Assembly (NCBI GenBank): GCA_038064475.1 | Contig: JBBTTA010000002.1 | Span: 83,195-147,194, forward strand | DNA from: Patescibacteria group bacterium | GTDB taxonomy: Bacteria; Patescibacteriota; Minisyncoccia; Phycocordibacterales; EsbW-18 | Length of the DNA stretch: 64,000 nt | Direction of reading: 5' to 3' | Part shown: one piece after another, positions 1 through 8,971 of the stretch | Layout of the letters: each line of letters starts with the position of its first letter | Numbering within the stretch: position 1 is the stretch's first letter | Program-made: the position numbers and the translations under genes | The notes under the pieces: model-generated | What the model was told of the DNA's origin: nothing | The model's database searches: none | Seen by the model: the letters and a program-made list of their open reading frames with translations, nothing else

Positions 1-2862
1 TCCCACATTGAAGGTTTCTACTATAAGCCACGCATAGATAAAGAACTTCTTGAAACACACAAAGAAGGGCTCCTTGCTATTATTCCTATCTTCAACGGAG
101 AAACATCTGCACCAATTGTCGGCGGCCGTCCGGACGAAGCCCTCGCAATCGTCAATTTTTATCGGAACCTCTACGGCAACGACAGTGTGTATCTTGAAAT
201 AACACATCACCCTGAAATCGACAATCATCAAGCGCTTGTCGATGCGACAATCAAATTTGGCCGTGAACACAGTGTGCCACTCGTTGCTACAAATGACGTT
301 CAATATATGAAGCCAGACGATGCCCCTGCGCGTCGTACGCTTCTTTCTATCCAATCTGGAGGAGATTTTGGTAGCCGTGGCGGTTTTGGTGACAACGATG
401 CAGATTTTTCATTTGTGAATGGAGAAACAATGCAGGAACGTTTTGCGAATGTTCCTGCAGCAATTGAAAATACACAAAAAATTGCTGATATGTGTAATGT
501 CACGTTCACGCTCGGTGAATGGAAGTTTCCTAACTACATTATTGAATCAGGACGCACTGCAGACGATGAATTTCGCACGCTTGCATACGAAGGAGTGGAG
601 CGGCGAAATTACAATTTCACACCTGAAGCGAAAGAGCGTCTTGAATATGAACTTTCCATCATCGCCAAAAAAGGATATGCGACATATTTTCTCGTCGTGG
701 CAGATCTTCTTCGTGTTGCTCGTGAGCGCGGGATTTTGACAACGATCCGTGGTTCGGTCGCTGGCTCACTCGCAACGTATCTCACCGGCATTACAAACGT
801 AGATCCGCTTGAATACAAATTGCCGTTCGAACGTTTTCTTAATCCTGATCGTCCGTCTGCTCCTGATATCGATATGGATTACGCTGATAATCGTCGTGAT
901 GAAATGATTACGTATGCGCGCGAAAAATATGGTGCGGACAAAGTCGCACAGATTGGTACGTTCGGAACAATGCTTGCGCGCGGCTCGGTGCGCGACGCCG
1001 CGCGCGCCCTCGGCTACGACGTTGGAACTGCTGACGGCATCGCAAAATTAATCCCCCTGGGTTCACAAGGATTCCCCATGACGATTGATCGCGCGCTCAG
1101 AGAAGAAAGTGAGCTCAAGAGAATGTATGAGAATGACGACGATGCCCGCCGCATCATCGATATGGCAAAGAAAATTGAAGGCTGTGCTCGTCACATCTCT
1201 GTACATGCCGCGGGTGTGGTTATTTCGCCAATCCCCCTCATTGAACTCGTCCCTTTGCAGTTTGATACGAAAGGAGAAGAAAAACTCATCACACAATTTG
1301 ATATGCATGCCGTCGGTGAAGACAACGTCGGCCTTCTGAAGTTCGACTTCCTTGGTATTCGAAACCTCGCGATTCTCGCTGATGCCGTCAAGCGCATGAA
1401 AAAGATTTATAACATTGATATCGATATCGAAAATATTCCGCTCGATGACCCAAAGACATTTGCAATGCTTGCGCGCGGCGAAACTGAAGGTCTCTTCCAG
1501 TTGAACGGCAGTGGTATGACCAAGTTCCTCGTTGAACTCAAACCAACAACCATCCACGACATCAACGCCATGGTTGCTCTCTATCGCCCTGGTCCGATCG
1601 AAATGATTCCGGAGTACGTCGCGCGCAAACACGATGCATCAAAGATTCGTTTCCTCGACGAGCGCATGAAATCAATTCTCGATCGTTCATACGGTGTGAT
1701 TACGTATCAGGACGACGTCATGTTGATTGCGATTGAGCTTGGTGGTTTTTCATGGATTGAAGCCGATAAACTCCGCAAAGCCATGGGTAAAAAGATTCCA
1801 GCCCTCATGGAAGAACAAAAAGTGAAGCTCACCGAGGGCTTGGTCAAAAACGGCATGTCACTTCAAAAAGCCGAGGAACTCTGGAAACTCATCGAGCCGT
1901 TTGCCGCGTACGGTTTCAACAAAGCCCATGCCGCAAGTTATGGACGTGTCGCCTACCAAACAGCGTACATGAAAGCGAACTACCCGAGCGTCTATATGGC
2001 ATCAATCCTTACGGCTGAAGCTGGTGATGTTGAGAAAATCGCTGAAATTATTTCAGAATGTAAGCGCATGCACATCGAAGTGTTACCGCCTGACGTCAAC
2101 GAAAGTTTCGGTCCATTTTCTGTGGTGCCAGAAAAAGATGGTGAGCCAGAAAAAATCCGTTTTGGTCTCTACTCAATAAAAAACTTTGGTGAGGGTGTTG
2201 CTGAAGCAATCATCGAAGAACGGAAAGCAAACGGCGTGTACGCATCTCTTGAGGATTTTCTCACACGCGTAAAAGATAAAAACTTAAATAAAAAATCACT
2301 TGAAGCACTTATTCAGTCTGGTGCCTTGGATGCATTCGGCGAACGAGGGCAAATGCTCGCAAACATCGATACGCTCCTCGCCCACCACAAACAATCACTT
2401 GTTTTAAACAAAGAACAAGATAGTTTGTTTGGCGGCGTTATGATGCCATTCTCTGCGCTTCGTTTGAAAGAAGCAGAGCCCGCAACAACGACAGATAAAT
2501 TGCGTTGGGAAAAAGAGTTGCTCGGTTTGTATGTTTCCGGACACCCCTTGGATGCACACAAAAAGTTCATGGATACCACAAATACGAATATTCAAAAGAT
2601 GAAAGGCTTACCACCCGGTGTCACCTCTGTCGTGTACGGTCTTGTTGAAGATGTGCGCGCCATTCTTACAAAAAAAGGTGACAAAATGGCATTCGTAAAA
2701 ATAAGTGATATGTCAGGAACGCTTGAAGTCGTCTTTTTCCCTAAATCATTTGAAGCATCAAAAAGCCTCCTCACTCCTGGTATGTGTCTCGGCATCAAAG
2801 GAAAAATCTCAAGCAGGAATGGTGAACTCTCAATGTTGGCAAACCACGCAAAAACACTCTAG
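1..2862 (+). CDS. dnaE: DNA polymerase III subunit alpha (5' end lies upstream of the window)
   Basis: PHP-domain tail, RGSVAGSL, FERFLNPDR, PDIDMD, KFDFLG, YGFNKAHA and C-terminal OB fold. Confidence 0.97.
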   Translation, partial: SHIEGFYYKPRIDKELLETHKEGLLAIIPIFNGETSAPIVGGRPDEALAIVNFYRNLYGNDSVYLEITHHPEIDNHQALVDATIKFGREHSVPLVATNDVQYMKPDDAPARRTLLSIQSGGDFGSRGGFGDNDADFSFVNGETMQERFANVPAAIENTQKIADMCNVTFTLGEWKFPNYIIESGRTADDEFRTLAYEGVERRNYNFTPEAKERLEYELSIIAKKGYATYFLVVADLLRVARERGILTTIRGSVAGSLATYLTGITNVDPLEYKLPFERFLNPDRPSAPDIDMDYADNRRDEMITYAREKYGADKVAQIGTFGTMLARGSVRDAARALGYDVGTADGIAKLIPLGSQGFPMTIDRALREESELKRMYENDDDARRIIDMAKKIEGCARHISVHAAGVVISPIPLIELVPLQFDTKGEEKLITQFDMHAVGEDNVGLLKFDFLGIRNLAILADAVKRMKKIYNIDIDIENIPLDDPKTFAMLARGETEGLFQLNGSGMTKFLVELKPTTIHDINAMVALYRPGPIEMIPEYVARKHDASKIRFLDERMKSILDRSYGVITYQDDVMLIAIELGGFSWIEADKLRKAMGKKIPALMEEQKVKLTEGLVKNGMSLQKAEELWKLIEPFAAYGFNKAHAASYGRVAYQTAYMKANYPSVYMASILTAEAGDVEKIAEIISECKRMHIEVLPPDVNESFGPFSVVPEKDGEPEKIRFGLYSIKNFGEGVAEAIIEERKANGVYASLEDFLTRVKDKNLNKKSLEALIQSGALDAFGERGQMLANIDTLLAHHKQSLVLNKEQDSLFGGVMMPFSALRLKEAEPATTTDKLRWEKELLGLYVSGHPLDAHKKFMDTTNTNIQKMKGLPPGVTSVVYGLVEDVRAILTKKGDKMAFVKISDMSGTLEVVFFPKSFEASKSLLTPGMCLGIKGKISSRNGELSMLANHAKTL

Positions 2863-2869
2863 TAAAAAG

Positions 2870-2897
2870 AAAACCTCAGCCGTTAGCTGAGGTTTTG
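2870..2897. terminator. Bidirectional hairpin terminator between dnaE and a convergent ORF
   Basis: aaaacctcagc-cgtta-gctgaggtttt. Confidence 0.6.
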
Positions 2898-3457
2898 TTG
2901 CTGCGTGGCATCTGCAACAGATGCCACGCGTTCAGATACGAGAACCACTTGATAGGGCCTTTCCCGAACACCTTTTTTTTGGATTTCTCGAGAGGAATGT
3001 AGAATCGCATGAAGGAAGCCCCTTCAGAAAACCTTTCGAGCAAAACACTATTCGGAACGATGAAGATTTCGTTCCCGTTCTCCGGATGAACCCTGAAAAA
3101 CAACGTGAATGATGATTTCAGAAGTGCAGAGCGCGTCACACCTGGGAACGAGTACCGATGAACCTCCCCGCGGAATGTCCGAAGGAAGTGGAGCGTACAT
3201 CGGTAGTACCCAATCATGAAGTCTCGCTTGGCAAAGCCCCAGTTGCGCGTTCCCACCTGTACGGAAACGCGCGCGACCGAAATGCCCAGATGCTTGCCAA
3301 CCTCGAAGAGGTGGGCACTGGCCGGTCCTTCAGGACCGGCGTTCTTTCTTTTCAGAAATCGTTCCTTAGGAGACTTCGCCTTGACCTCAACCAGAGACTC
3401 TACCAAAAACTCCGTTTTTCTCTCAGCCCAACCCTTCCTTTGAAACGGGTGTAACAT
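2876..3457 (-). CDS. Hypothetical basic protein
   Basis: 193-aa ORF filling the dnaE-thrS gap; G-rich SD-like run and TACAAT upstream; no family recognised. Confidence 0.55.
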   Translation of the reverse strand: MLHPFQRKGWAERKTEFLVESLVEVKAKSPKERFLKRKNAGPEGPASAHLFEVGKHLGISVARVSVQVGTRNWGFAKRDFMIGYYRCTLHFLRTFRGEVHRYSFPGVTRSALLKSSFTLFFRVHPENGNEIFIVPNSVLLERFSEGASFMRFYIPLEKSKKKVFGKGPIKWFSYLNAWHLLQMPRSNKTSANG

Positions 3458-3557
3458 CTGAGACCCCCTTTTTTAAAAAACGTCCGGCGTCATTGTACCC
3501 AAGGATGACAGAAACGACAAGCCGGAGATGGTGTGCTAAAATCAACCTATCTTTTCT

Positions 3558-5315
3558 ATGAAAAAGCACGACATGGCCTCGGATCTTGCGCCTATGCGCC
3601 ACACCCTCGCCCACCTTTTGGCTGCTGTTGTTTTGGATATCTATCCAGACGCCAAACCTACCCTTGGTCCTGCAATTGATACAGGTTTTTACTACGACTT
3701 TGAGTTTTCAAAACCGCTTCAGGAAGATGACCTCAAAAATCTTGAAGAGAAAATGCGTGACCTCCTTCCTTCATGGAAAGAATTTACACATGAAGAAGTT
3801 TCAAAAGAAGACGCACTTAAAAAGTTTGCTGGGAATATTTACAAAGAAGAACTTATCAATGAAATTGTTGAACGAGAAGAAACAATAACACTCTACACAT
3901 GCGGAGGTTTTACTGACCTTTGTCGCGGTGGACACGTTGATCATCCCGCAAAAGATATCGATGTCAACTCTTTCTCTCTTTCACATCTTGCCGGTGCGTA
4001 CTGGCGCGGTGATGAAAAAAACAAAATGCTTACTCGTGTATATGGTTTGGCGTTCACATCAAAAAAAGAACTTGATGCGTACAAAACACAGCAAGAGGAA
4101 GCAAAGAAACGCGACCACCGAAAAATTGGAAAAGAACTTGATTTGTTTACCTTCTCTGACTATGTCGGTAGCGGCCTTCCTCTTTACACACCCCGCGGTG
4201 CCCTCATCAGACGTCTTCTTAACGAATATATTGAATCTCTCCAGTCAAAAGAGGGTTATGAGCAAGTGTGGACGCCTCAGATGGCAAAAGCTTCACTTTT
4301 CAAACAATCAGGACATTACGATAAGTATAAAGACAGCATGTTCCGTGTTGTCTCAAACTACTCTGAGGAAGAGTTTTTCCTCAAGCCAATGAACTGCCCG
4401 CAGCACACTCAGATTTATGCAAGTTCGCCAAAGAGTTATCGAGATTTGCCTGTACGCTACACCGACTTTGCAATGCTCTACCGCGATGAGCAGCCTGGCC
4501 AGTTGAATGGTCTTGCACGTGTTCGTGCTTTCTCTCAAGACGATTGTCATATTTTCTGTCGCGAAGATCAGGTGGATGAGGAAATTGACACTGCACTTTC
4601 AATGACGAAAAAAGTTATGGCGACATTCGGTTTTAAGTATAAATATCGCCTCTCAACAAGAGATCCTAACGATCAGAGCAAATACCTTGGTGACCCTGAC
4701 ACATGGGACAAAGTAGAAGCATGGGCAGAAAAGATAATGAAGCGAAATGATATCGAATATTTCCCTGGCCCAGGCGAAGCATCATTCTATGCACCAAAAA
4801 TGGATCTCTTGGCAACAGATGCGCTTGGGCGAGAATGGCAACTTTCTACAGTACAGATCGACTTTGTGATGCCAGAGCGTTTTGATCTTACCTACACCGA
4901 TAAGGATGGGAAAGAAAAACACCCCGTCATGATTCACCGCGCTATTATCGGTTCTCCCGAGCGATTTATAATGATGCTTTTGGAACACTTTTCCGGCGCT
5001 CTCCCAACATGGCTCTCGCCTGTTCAGGTAAACGTTGTTCCTGTGAGCGAAGAACAATTTGAGTACGCACAGAAAGTAAACGATGTACTCAAGGACAAAG
5101 GCATTCGTGTTGAGTTTGATAATTCAAATGAAGGATTGGGGAAAAAAATCCGCTCATGGAAAGTATCGAAATCTCCATATGCGATTGTTGTTGGCAATAA
5201 AGAGGTTGAAAGCAACACTATTACTGTCGAACATCGCAACGGAACAAAAGAAGTACTTACCGTTGAAGCCTTTACAGAGAAACTCGAAGAAGAAATCAAA
5301 ACTCGCGCCCTCTAG
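3558..5315 (+). CDS. thrS: Threonine--tRNA ligase (lacks N-terminal TGS domain)
   Basis: RHTLAHLLA, DLCRGGH, RDHRKIG, KPMNCPQH, MIHRA motifs. Confidence 0.97.
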   Translation: MKKHDMASDLAPMRHTLAHLLAAVVLDIYPDAKPTLGPAIDTGFYYDFEFSKPLQEDDLKNLEEKMRDLLPSWKEFTHEEVSKEDALKKFAGNIYKEELINEIVEREETITLYTCGGFTDLCRGGHVDHPAKDIDVNSFSLSHLAGAYWRGDEKNKMLTRVYGLAFTSKKELDAYKTQQEEAKKRDHRKIGKELDLFTFSDYVGSGLPLYTPRGALIRRLLNEYIESLQSKEGYEQVWTPQMAKASLFKQSGHYDKYKDSMFRVVSNYSEEEFFLKPMNCPQHTQIYASSPKSYRDLPVRYTDFAMLYRDEQPGQLNGLARVRAFSQDDCHIFCREDQVDEEIDTALSMTKKVMATFGFKYKYRLSTRDPNDQSKYLGDPDTWDKVEAWAEKIMKRNDIEYFPGPGEASFYAPKMDLLATDALGREWQLSTVQIDFVMPERFDLTYTDKDGKEKHPVMIHRAIIGSPERFIMMLLEHFSGALPTWLSPVQVNVVPVSEEQFEYAQKVNDVLKDKGIRVEFDNSNEGLGKKIRSWKVSKSPYAIVVGNKEVESNTITVEHRNGTKEVLTVEAFTEKLEEEIKTRAL

Positions 5316-5327
5316 CCCTTAAAAACC

Positions 5328-5355
5328 ATTCTCTAATTCGCTCGAATTAGAGAAT
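5328..5355. repeat. 28-bp palindromic repeat, copy 1 (downstream of ArsR gene)
   Basis: attctctaattcg-ct-cgaattagagaat, identical to 5645-5672. Confidence 0.9.
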
Positions 5356-5373
5356 GGTTTTGGGCTGGTCTTT

Positions 5374-5640
5374 TTATAAAGATTTCAGAATGTATTTTAC
5401 AAATTGAGGTACATTTTTGGTAATACAGCAATATACATCAAGGCTTCGTTGTTCTTTTTCGATAATTCCGGCAGCGTATAAAATAATCAAATGTTTTGAT
5501 GTTGCCTTGAAAGATAATTTTATGTTTCGAGCAACACCAGAAACAGTTGCCCCATTCTCTTTTTTAAGATGACTAAGAATCCGCAGTCGACGGGCATTTG
5601 CAAGTGCCTTAAGTACTTTTGTTATTTCTTTTTCTTTCAT
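5374..5640 (-). CDS. ArsR/SmtB-family winged-helix regulator
   Basis: LKALANARRLRIL ... TVSGVA ... ATSKHLIILYAAGII. Confidence 0.88.
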   Translation of the reverse strand: MKEKEITKVLKALANARRLRILSHLKKENGATVSGVARNIKLSFKATSKHLIILYAAGIIEKEQRSLDVYCCITKNVPQFVKYILKSL

Positions 5641-5644
5641 GGTT

Positions 5645-5672
5645 ATTCTCTAATTCGCTCGAATTAGAGAAT
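5645..5672. repeat. 28-bp palindromic repeat, copy 2 (upstream of ArsR gene)
   Basis: identical to 5328-5355. Confidence 0.9.
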
Positions 5673-5717
5673 AACAGAGATAGATAAAATTGATTTAAAG
5701 AATTTAAAACTTTGATT

Positions 5718-6278
5718 TTATTTTTTACTCTTAAAACAATCCACACTGTGGTCGTTGACCATGCCTGTTGCTTGCATGTGAGCATATAAGACTGTTGAAC
5801 CTAGGAATTTAAAGCCTCGTTTTTTCATATCACGCGCAAGTGCGTCTGATTCGGGAGATGTTGCTTTGTAATCTTTATGCGTGCGGATTTTATTCCTGAT
5901 TGTCTTTCCTCCCACAAAACCCCAGATGTATTTTGAAAATGTGCCGAACTCTTTTTTCACTTCCAAAAATCGCTTTGCATTGTTGATTGCCGATTCAATC
6001 TTTGCACGGTTTCTGATGATACCTTCGTTTTTCATCAACTTCCTAACATCTGAACCTCTAAACTTAGAAACTTTGGTGGTGTCAAATCCCGCAAATACTT
6101 TTCGATAATTTTCCCGCTTCTTCAAAACTGTCTCCCACGAAAGTCCTGCCTGTGCACTTTCAAGAACTAAAAATTCAAATATTTTTCTATCATCGTGCAC
6201 AGGAACTCCCCACTCAGTATCGTGATACTGCATATAGAGTTCGTTCGATTCTTTGACCCATGGACAACGCTTTTTCAT
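5718..6278 (-). CDS. tag: DNA-3-methyladenine glycosylase I
   Basis: RCPW, YHDTEWG, LESAQAGLSW, IIRNRAKI, GMVNDH..C motifs; start taken at MKKRCPW. Confidence 0.93.
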   Translation of the reverse strand: MKKRCPWVKESNELYMQYHDTEWGVPVHDDRKIFEFLVLESAQAGLSWETVLKKRENYRKVFAGFDTTKVSKFRGSDVRKLMKNEGIIRNRAKIESAINNAKRFLEVKKEFGTFSKYIWGFVGGKTIRNKIRTHKDYKATSPESDALARDMKKRGFKFLGSTVLYAHMQATGMVNDHSVDCFKSKK

Positions 6279-6279
6279 A

Positions 6280-6594
6280 TCAAAATTCAAATAACTTATC
6301 TGCAAAGTTTTCTATTCTGTCATTCTCATCAACTATAATTCCCTCTTTTTTATAGAGTGCCATACGCTTTTTTCTGTATTCACTGTTCACCCAAATCTTT
6401 CCATCAGCATACACAATGCGATGAAATGGAATCTCTACTCCTTCGTCGGCTGCTTTTCCTAAAATTGAAGTGATTGATTGTGCGGCTATTCCCCCGCTGC
6501 CAGCGGCGCGTGCAATTCGCCCGTATGTTGTCACACGACCTGCCGGAATCTTCTGTGCCGCTTTTACTACCCGCTCACTAAAAGAGTCTTTCAT
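6280..6594 (-). CDS. MGMT-family / alkyltransferase-like (ATL) DNA-binding protein
   Basis: IPAGRVTTYGRIA ... IPFHRIV (no catalytic Cys); start at MKDSFSE because the ORF extension overlaps tRNA-Glu. Confidence 0.85.
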   Translation of the reverse strand: MKDSFSERVVKAAQKIPAGRVTTYGRIARAAGSGGIAAQSITSILGKAADEGVEIPFHRIVYADGKIWVNSEYRKKRMALYKKEGIIVDENDRIENFADKLFEF

Positions 6595-6599
6595 TTTTG

Positions 6600-6671
6600 T
6601 GACCTCACGGGGAATCGAACCCCGATTACCGCCTTGAGAAGGCGATGTCCTGACCGTTAGACGATGAGGCC
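6600..6671 (-). tRNA. tRNA-Glu(CTC)
   Basis: GGCCTCA...cgcc-TTCTCAA-ggcg...GGTTCGATTCC...TGAGGTCA cloverleaf; CCA not encoded. Confidence 0.93.
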
Positions 6672-6718
6672 GTGCGATTACAATAGCCGAGATATGGCTC
6701 TTTTTCAAGCAAAAATTG

Positions 6719-6986
6719 AGCCGTTGGCCGGGATTGAACCGGCGACCCCGTCCTTCGTGCTACCCACGTTTTTCATTCAAACGAATATTGCGTGGGGCTA
6801 GACTGTATGTCGAGCGTGCAGAGTGCGACGCTTCCCTTGTCAGTCGTTCGAGCCCTCTCAAAAGAGTGCTACGGTCTCAACCTATCGTTAGGCCATTAAC
6901 CGTTATTCGGGATTCGTTTTGAATGTTTCCATCCAAAAGGGCAAGATTTTACCATGGACGTGCTCTACCAACTGAGCTACAACGGC
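6719..6986 (-). tRNA. tRNA-Thr(GGT), interrupted by a group I intron (exons 6986-6951 and 6755-6719)
   Basis: Joined exons give a 73-nt cloverleaf with anticodon arm CGTCC-ATGGTAA-GGACG and T arm GCCGG-TTCAATC-CCGGC. Confidence 0.9.
6756..6950 (-). ncRNA. Compact group I intron (195 nt, no ORF)
   Basis: 5' exon ends in U, intron ends in G; P1 GGU/GCC with U-G wobble; P10 CUU/AAG; P7-type GACUG ... CAUACAGUCUAG. Confidence 0.82.
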
Positions 6987-7170
6987 TAGTGAGTGGACTC
7001 GCAGTTTGGGGCGTAGCTTTCGAGAAGCAGGCGTAGCCTTCGAGGGGAGAAAGAAAAGGAAGCTTGTTTACTTTTCTTTTGAATCGAGAAGGTGGGAGCT
7101 TGTATTCGAGAAAGCGGGAACCTGATTAACTATGAGCCACGAGCGAAGACGGTGTATCCGATACAACGGC
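6987..7170 (-). mobile_element. tRNA 5'-associated structured element upstream of tRNA-Thr
   Basis: Starts with GCCGTTGTA (7170-7162), identical to tRNA nt 1-9; core GCTCCC..TCTCGA..GAAAAGTAAACAAGCTTCC..CTACGCCC shared with 8538, 8972 and 9117 copies. Confidence 0.7.
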
Positions 7171-7193
7171 TTTGCTCCTCCGTATCCTACACG

Positions 7194-7225
7194 AAAAAAC
7201 ACCTCCCGTCAGGAGGTGTTTTTTT
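7194..7225. terminator. Rho-independent terminator-like hairpin
   Basis: aaaaaacacctcc-cgtca-ggaggtgtttttt. Confidence 0.65.
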
Positions 7226-7239
7226 GAAAAGTATTTCAA

Positions 7240-7932
7240 TTACATCTGCGCAGGAGCAGAAGGTGCAGTCGGTGCTGCGGGAGCAGGAGCAGGCATTGGC
7301 ATTGCTTTTGCCGCAAGCTCGATGTCATCACGACGATCAAGCTTCTTGTAGATATATGTAAGCGCAAGTATCGTCACCGGAATCGTAACGAGAAGTCCAA
7401 CACCAAAGAGAAGCGCGCCGAGAATGTTAATAACAATAGCGACAAGCATAAAACCAAAGAGGTTCCACTTGTGACCATCCGTCAAACGGCGGCTTTCCTT
7501 GAGTGTCTCTACAATACCCATGTGCTTCTCAAGTGTAATAAAGACAACCATTGAGAGCATAAGTTGTGCGATGATGCCTGGAACAATGAGCAATACAAAT
7601 CCGATAACAACAATGACACCGGTAAGGACCATCACAAGCGCAAATTTGTAGAGAGTCTCCCATTTCTCTGCAAACAACATCTTGAAGTTGATTGGGCGAC
7701 CTGCCTGTGCGTTAAGTGCGATGCGTGCGAAGCCAAGGTAAATCCACCACTGCACCAACACACTTACAACATCCACGACCACTTCAATAAGTCCGCCCGC
7801 ATTTTTGCCAATGTTGTCAACGACGATTGAAATAACAAGTGCCACAAGCGCAATACCTCCGTAAAGCCATGGTTCTTTCTTGAACGTGTTCCAGGCAAAC
7901 GTAAGCGCCTCTTTAATTGAAAAAGATTGCAT
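7240..7932 (-). CDS. Integral membrane protein (DUF975-like)
   Basis: Multiple TM segments, LLIVPGII, LKESRRLTDGHKW. Confidence 0.7.
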   Translation of the reverse strand: MQSFSIKEALTFAWNTFKKEPWLYGGIALVALVISIVVDNIGKNAGGLIEVVVDVVSVLVQWWIYLGFARIALNAQAGRPINFKMLFAEKWETLYKFALVMVLTGVIVVIGFVLLIVPGIIAQLMLSMVVFITLEKHMGIVETLKESRRLTDGHKWNLFGFMLVAIVINILGALLFGVGLLVTIPVTILALTYIYKKLDRRDDIELAAKAMPMPAPAPAAPTAPSAPAQM

Positions 7933-7985
7933 AATCTCGGTTTATGTAATAACACCTTTATTTTACCACAGCACCCCCCCAGTGT

Positions 7986-8435
7986 TTACGATCCTATACT
8001 CCTTCGCACAGGGTGCATATGAGCCGCTATAGCGAGCGCAGAGGCGATAATTGCGAGGTTTTTGATGATATATTGCCCTTCAAGTGTTGGGACAAAAGGC
8101 GCCTGCCACGTGATTTCCGGCAACATAAAGAGTGGCATGAACGTCATTGCCATGTGGATGAAAAGAAGCGGAATGACAACACGCTCCGTTCCCTTAATGA
8201 GGAAGAGAATCCCAATAAGACATTCGAATGCCGCGAAGAGCATGAAAAAGACGTCAAACGACATGAATGAGATTGTCTGTGTATAGAGATTGCGAACCAG
8301 CCCCGCAGCAGGGCTCATTCCAAGGAGCTTCAAAAGACCAAACCAAAAAAAGATAACAAAGAGGCCAAAACGGGCAACCGGAACGGTCAGGTTCCGTGCA
8401 AGGTGCACTAGTCCTCTATCTAATGGTCCAATCAT
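7986..8435 (-). CDS. DoxX/DUF417-like membrane protein
   Basis: FFWFGLLK..SPA, PTLEGQYIIKN motif. Confidence 0.75.
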   Translation of the reverse strand: MIGPLDRGLVHLARNLTVPVARFGLFVIFFWFGLLKLLGMSPAAGLVRNLYTQTISFMSFDVFFMLFAAFECLIGILFLIKGTERVVIPLLFIHMAMTFMPLFMLPEITWQAPFVPTLEGQYIIKNLAIIASALAIAAHMHPVRRSIGS

Positions 8436-8498
8436 ACTAGGATTATTTTCTCATGATTTAGAAACATTAAAAGCACCCTGGACACTAAAAGAGGATAA

Positions 8499-8526
8499 TT
8501 GATTTTTAGGTCAATTCTGGTAATAT
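8499..8526 (+). promoter_or_regulatory. Sigma70-type promoter for the tRNA-Asp locus
   Basis: TTGATT ... TGG-TAATAT just upstream of the duplicated tRNA 5' end. Confidence 0.45.
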
Positions 8527-8537
8527 CATCAGAGTCT

Positions 8538-8702
8538 GGAGTCGTAAGCGAAGGGTTCGTCGTAAGCGAAGCTTCCACCTCCAGCATTCAGACCACATAG
8601 TCAATCGGGCTCCCCTCATCTCGACGGCGAGAAAAAGTAAGCGAGCTTCCTTTTTCTCTTCTCTCGATGACTACGCCCTAGAACTGCGTGTCATCTTCAT
8701 TT
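8538..8702 (+). mobile_element. tRNA 5'-associated structured element upstream of tRNA-Asp
   Basis: GGAGTCGTA at 8538 and at tRNA start 8703; conserved core ggctccc.tcatctcgacggcgagaaaaagtaagc.agcttc. Confidence 0.72.
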
Positions 8703-8779
8703 GGAGTCGTAGCTCAACTGGTTAGAGCGCTTCCCTGTCACGGAAGAGGTTGCGGGTTCGAGTCCCGTCGATTCCGCCA
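8703..8779 (+). tRNA. tRNA-Asp(GTC)
   Basis: Canonical cloverleaf, cttcc-CTGTCAC-ggaag, ends in CCA. Confidence 0.96.
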
Positions 8780-8902
8780 AAATTGACATTTTGGACGGGA
8801 CGAGAAGGCCGGAGTCTACCGTAGGTAGACGAGGCGGGGTCGCGAACACTTAACGAGTCGTCGAGTTTAGTGATTCGTGACCGAGTCCCGTCGATTCCGC
8901 CA
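8780..8902 (+). mobile_element. tRNA 3'-associated structured element with duplicated tRNA-Asp 3' end
   Basis: cgagtcccgtcgattccgcca at 8759-8779 and 8882-8902; internal ggtcgcgaa...ttcgtgacc hairpin; similar to 48223-48326. Confidence 0.75.
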
Positions 8903-8907
8903 AAAAG

Positions 8908-8944
8908 AGCCGCCTCGCTAAATCGCGAGGCGGCTTCTGCTTTT
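8908..8944 (+). terminator. Terminator after tRNA-Asp locus
   Basis: agccgcctcgc-taaatc-gcgaggcggct followed by T-rich tract. Confidence 0.6.
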
Positions 8945-8971
8945 CCTATTTTTATTGTAGAATGCGACAGC

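Noticed and set aside
2876-3457. Possible nuclease (C-terminal YLNAWHLL)
   Set aside because: No convincing catalytic motif; left as hypothetical.
6595-6708. N-terminal extension of the ATL ORF; likewise ORFs 9891-10415 and 9950-10066
   Set aside because: They overlap tRNA genes; downstream ATGs give normal-length proteins.
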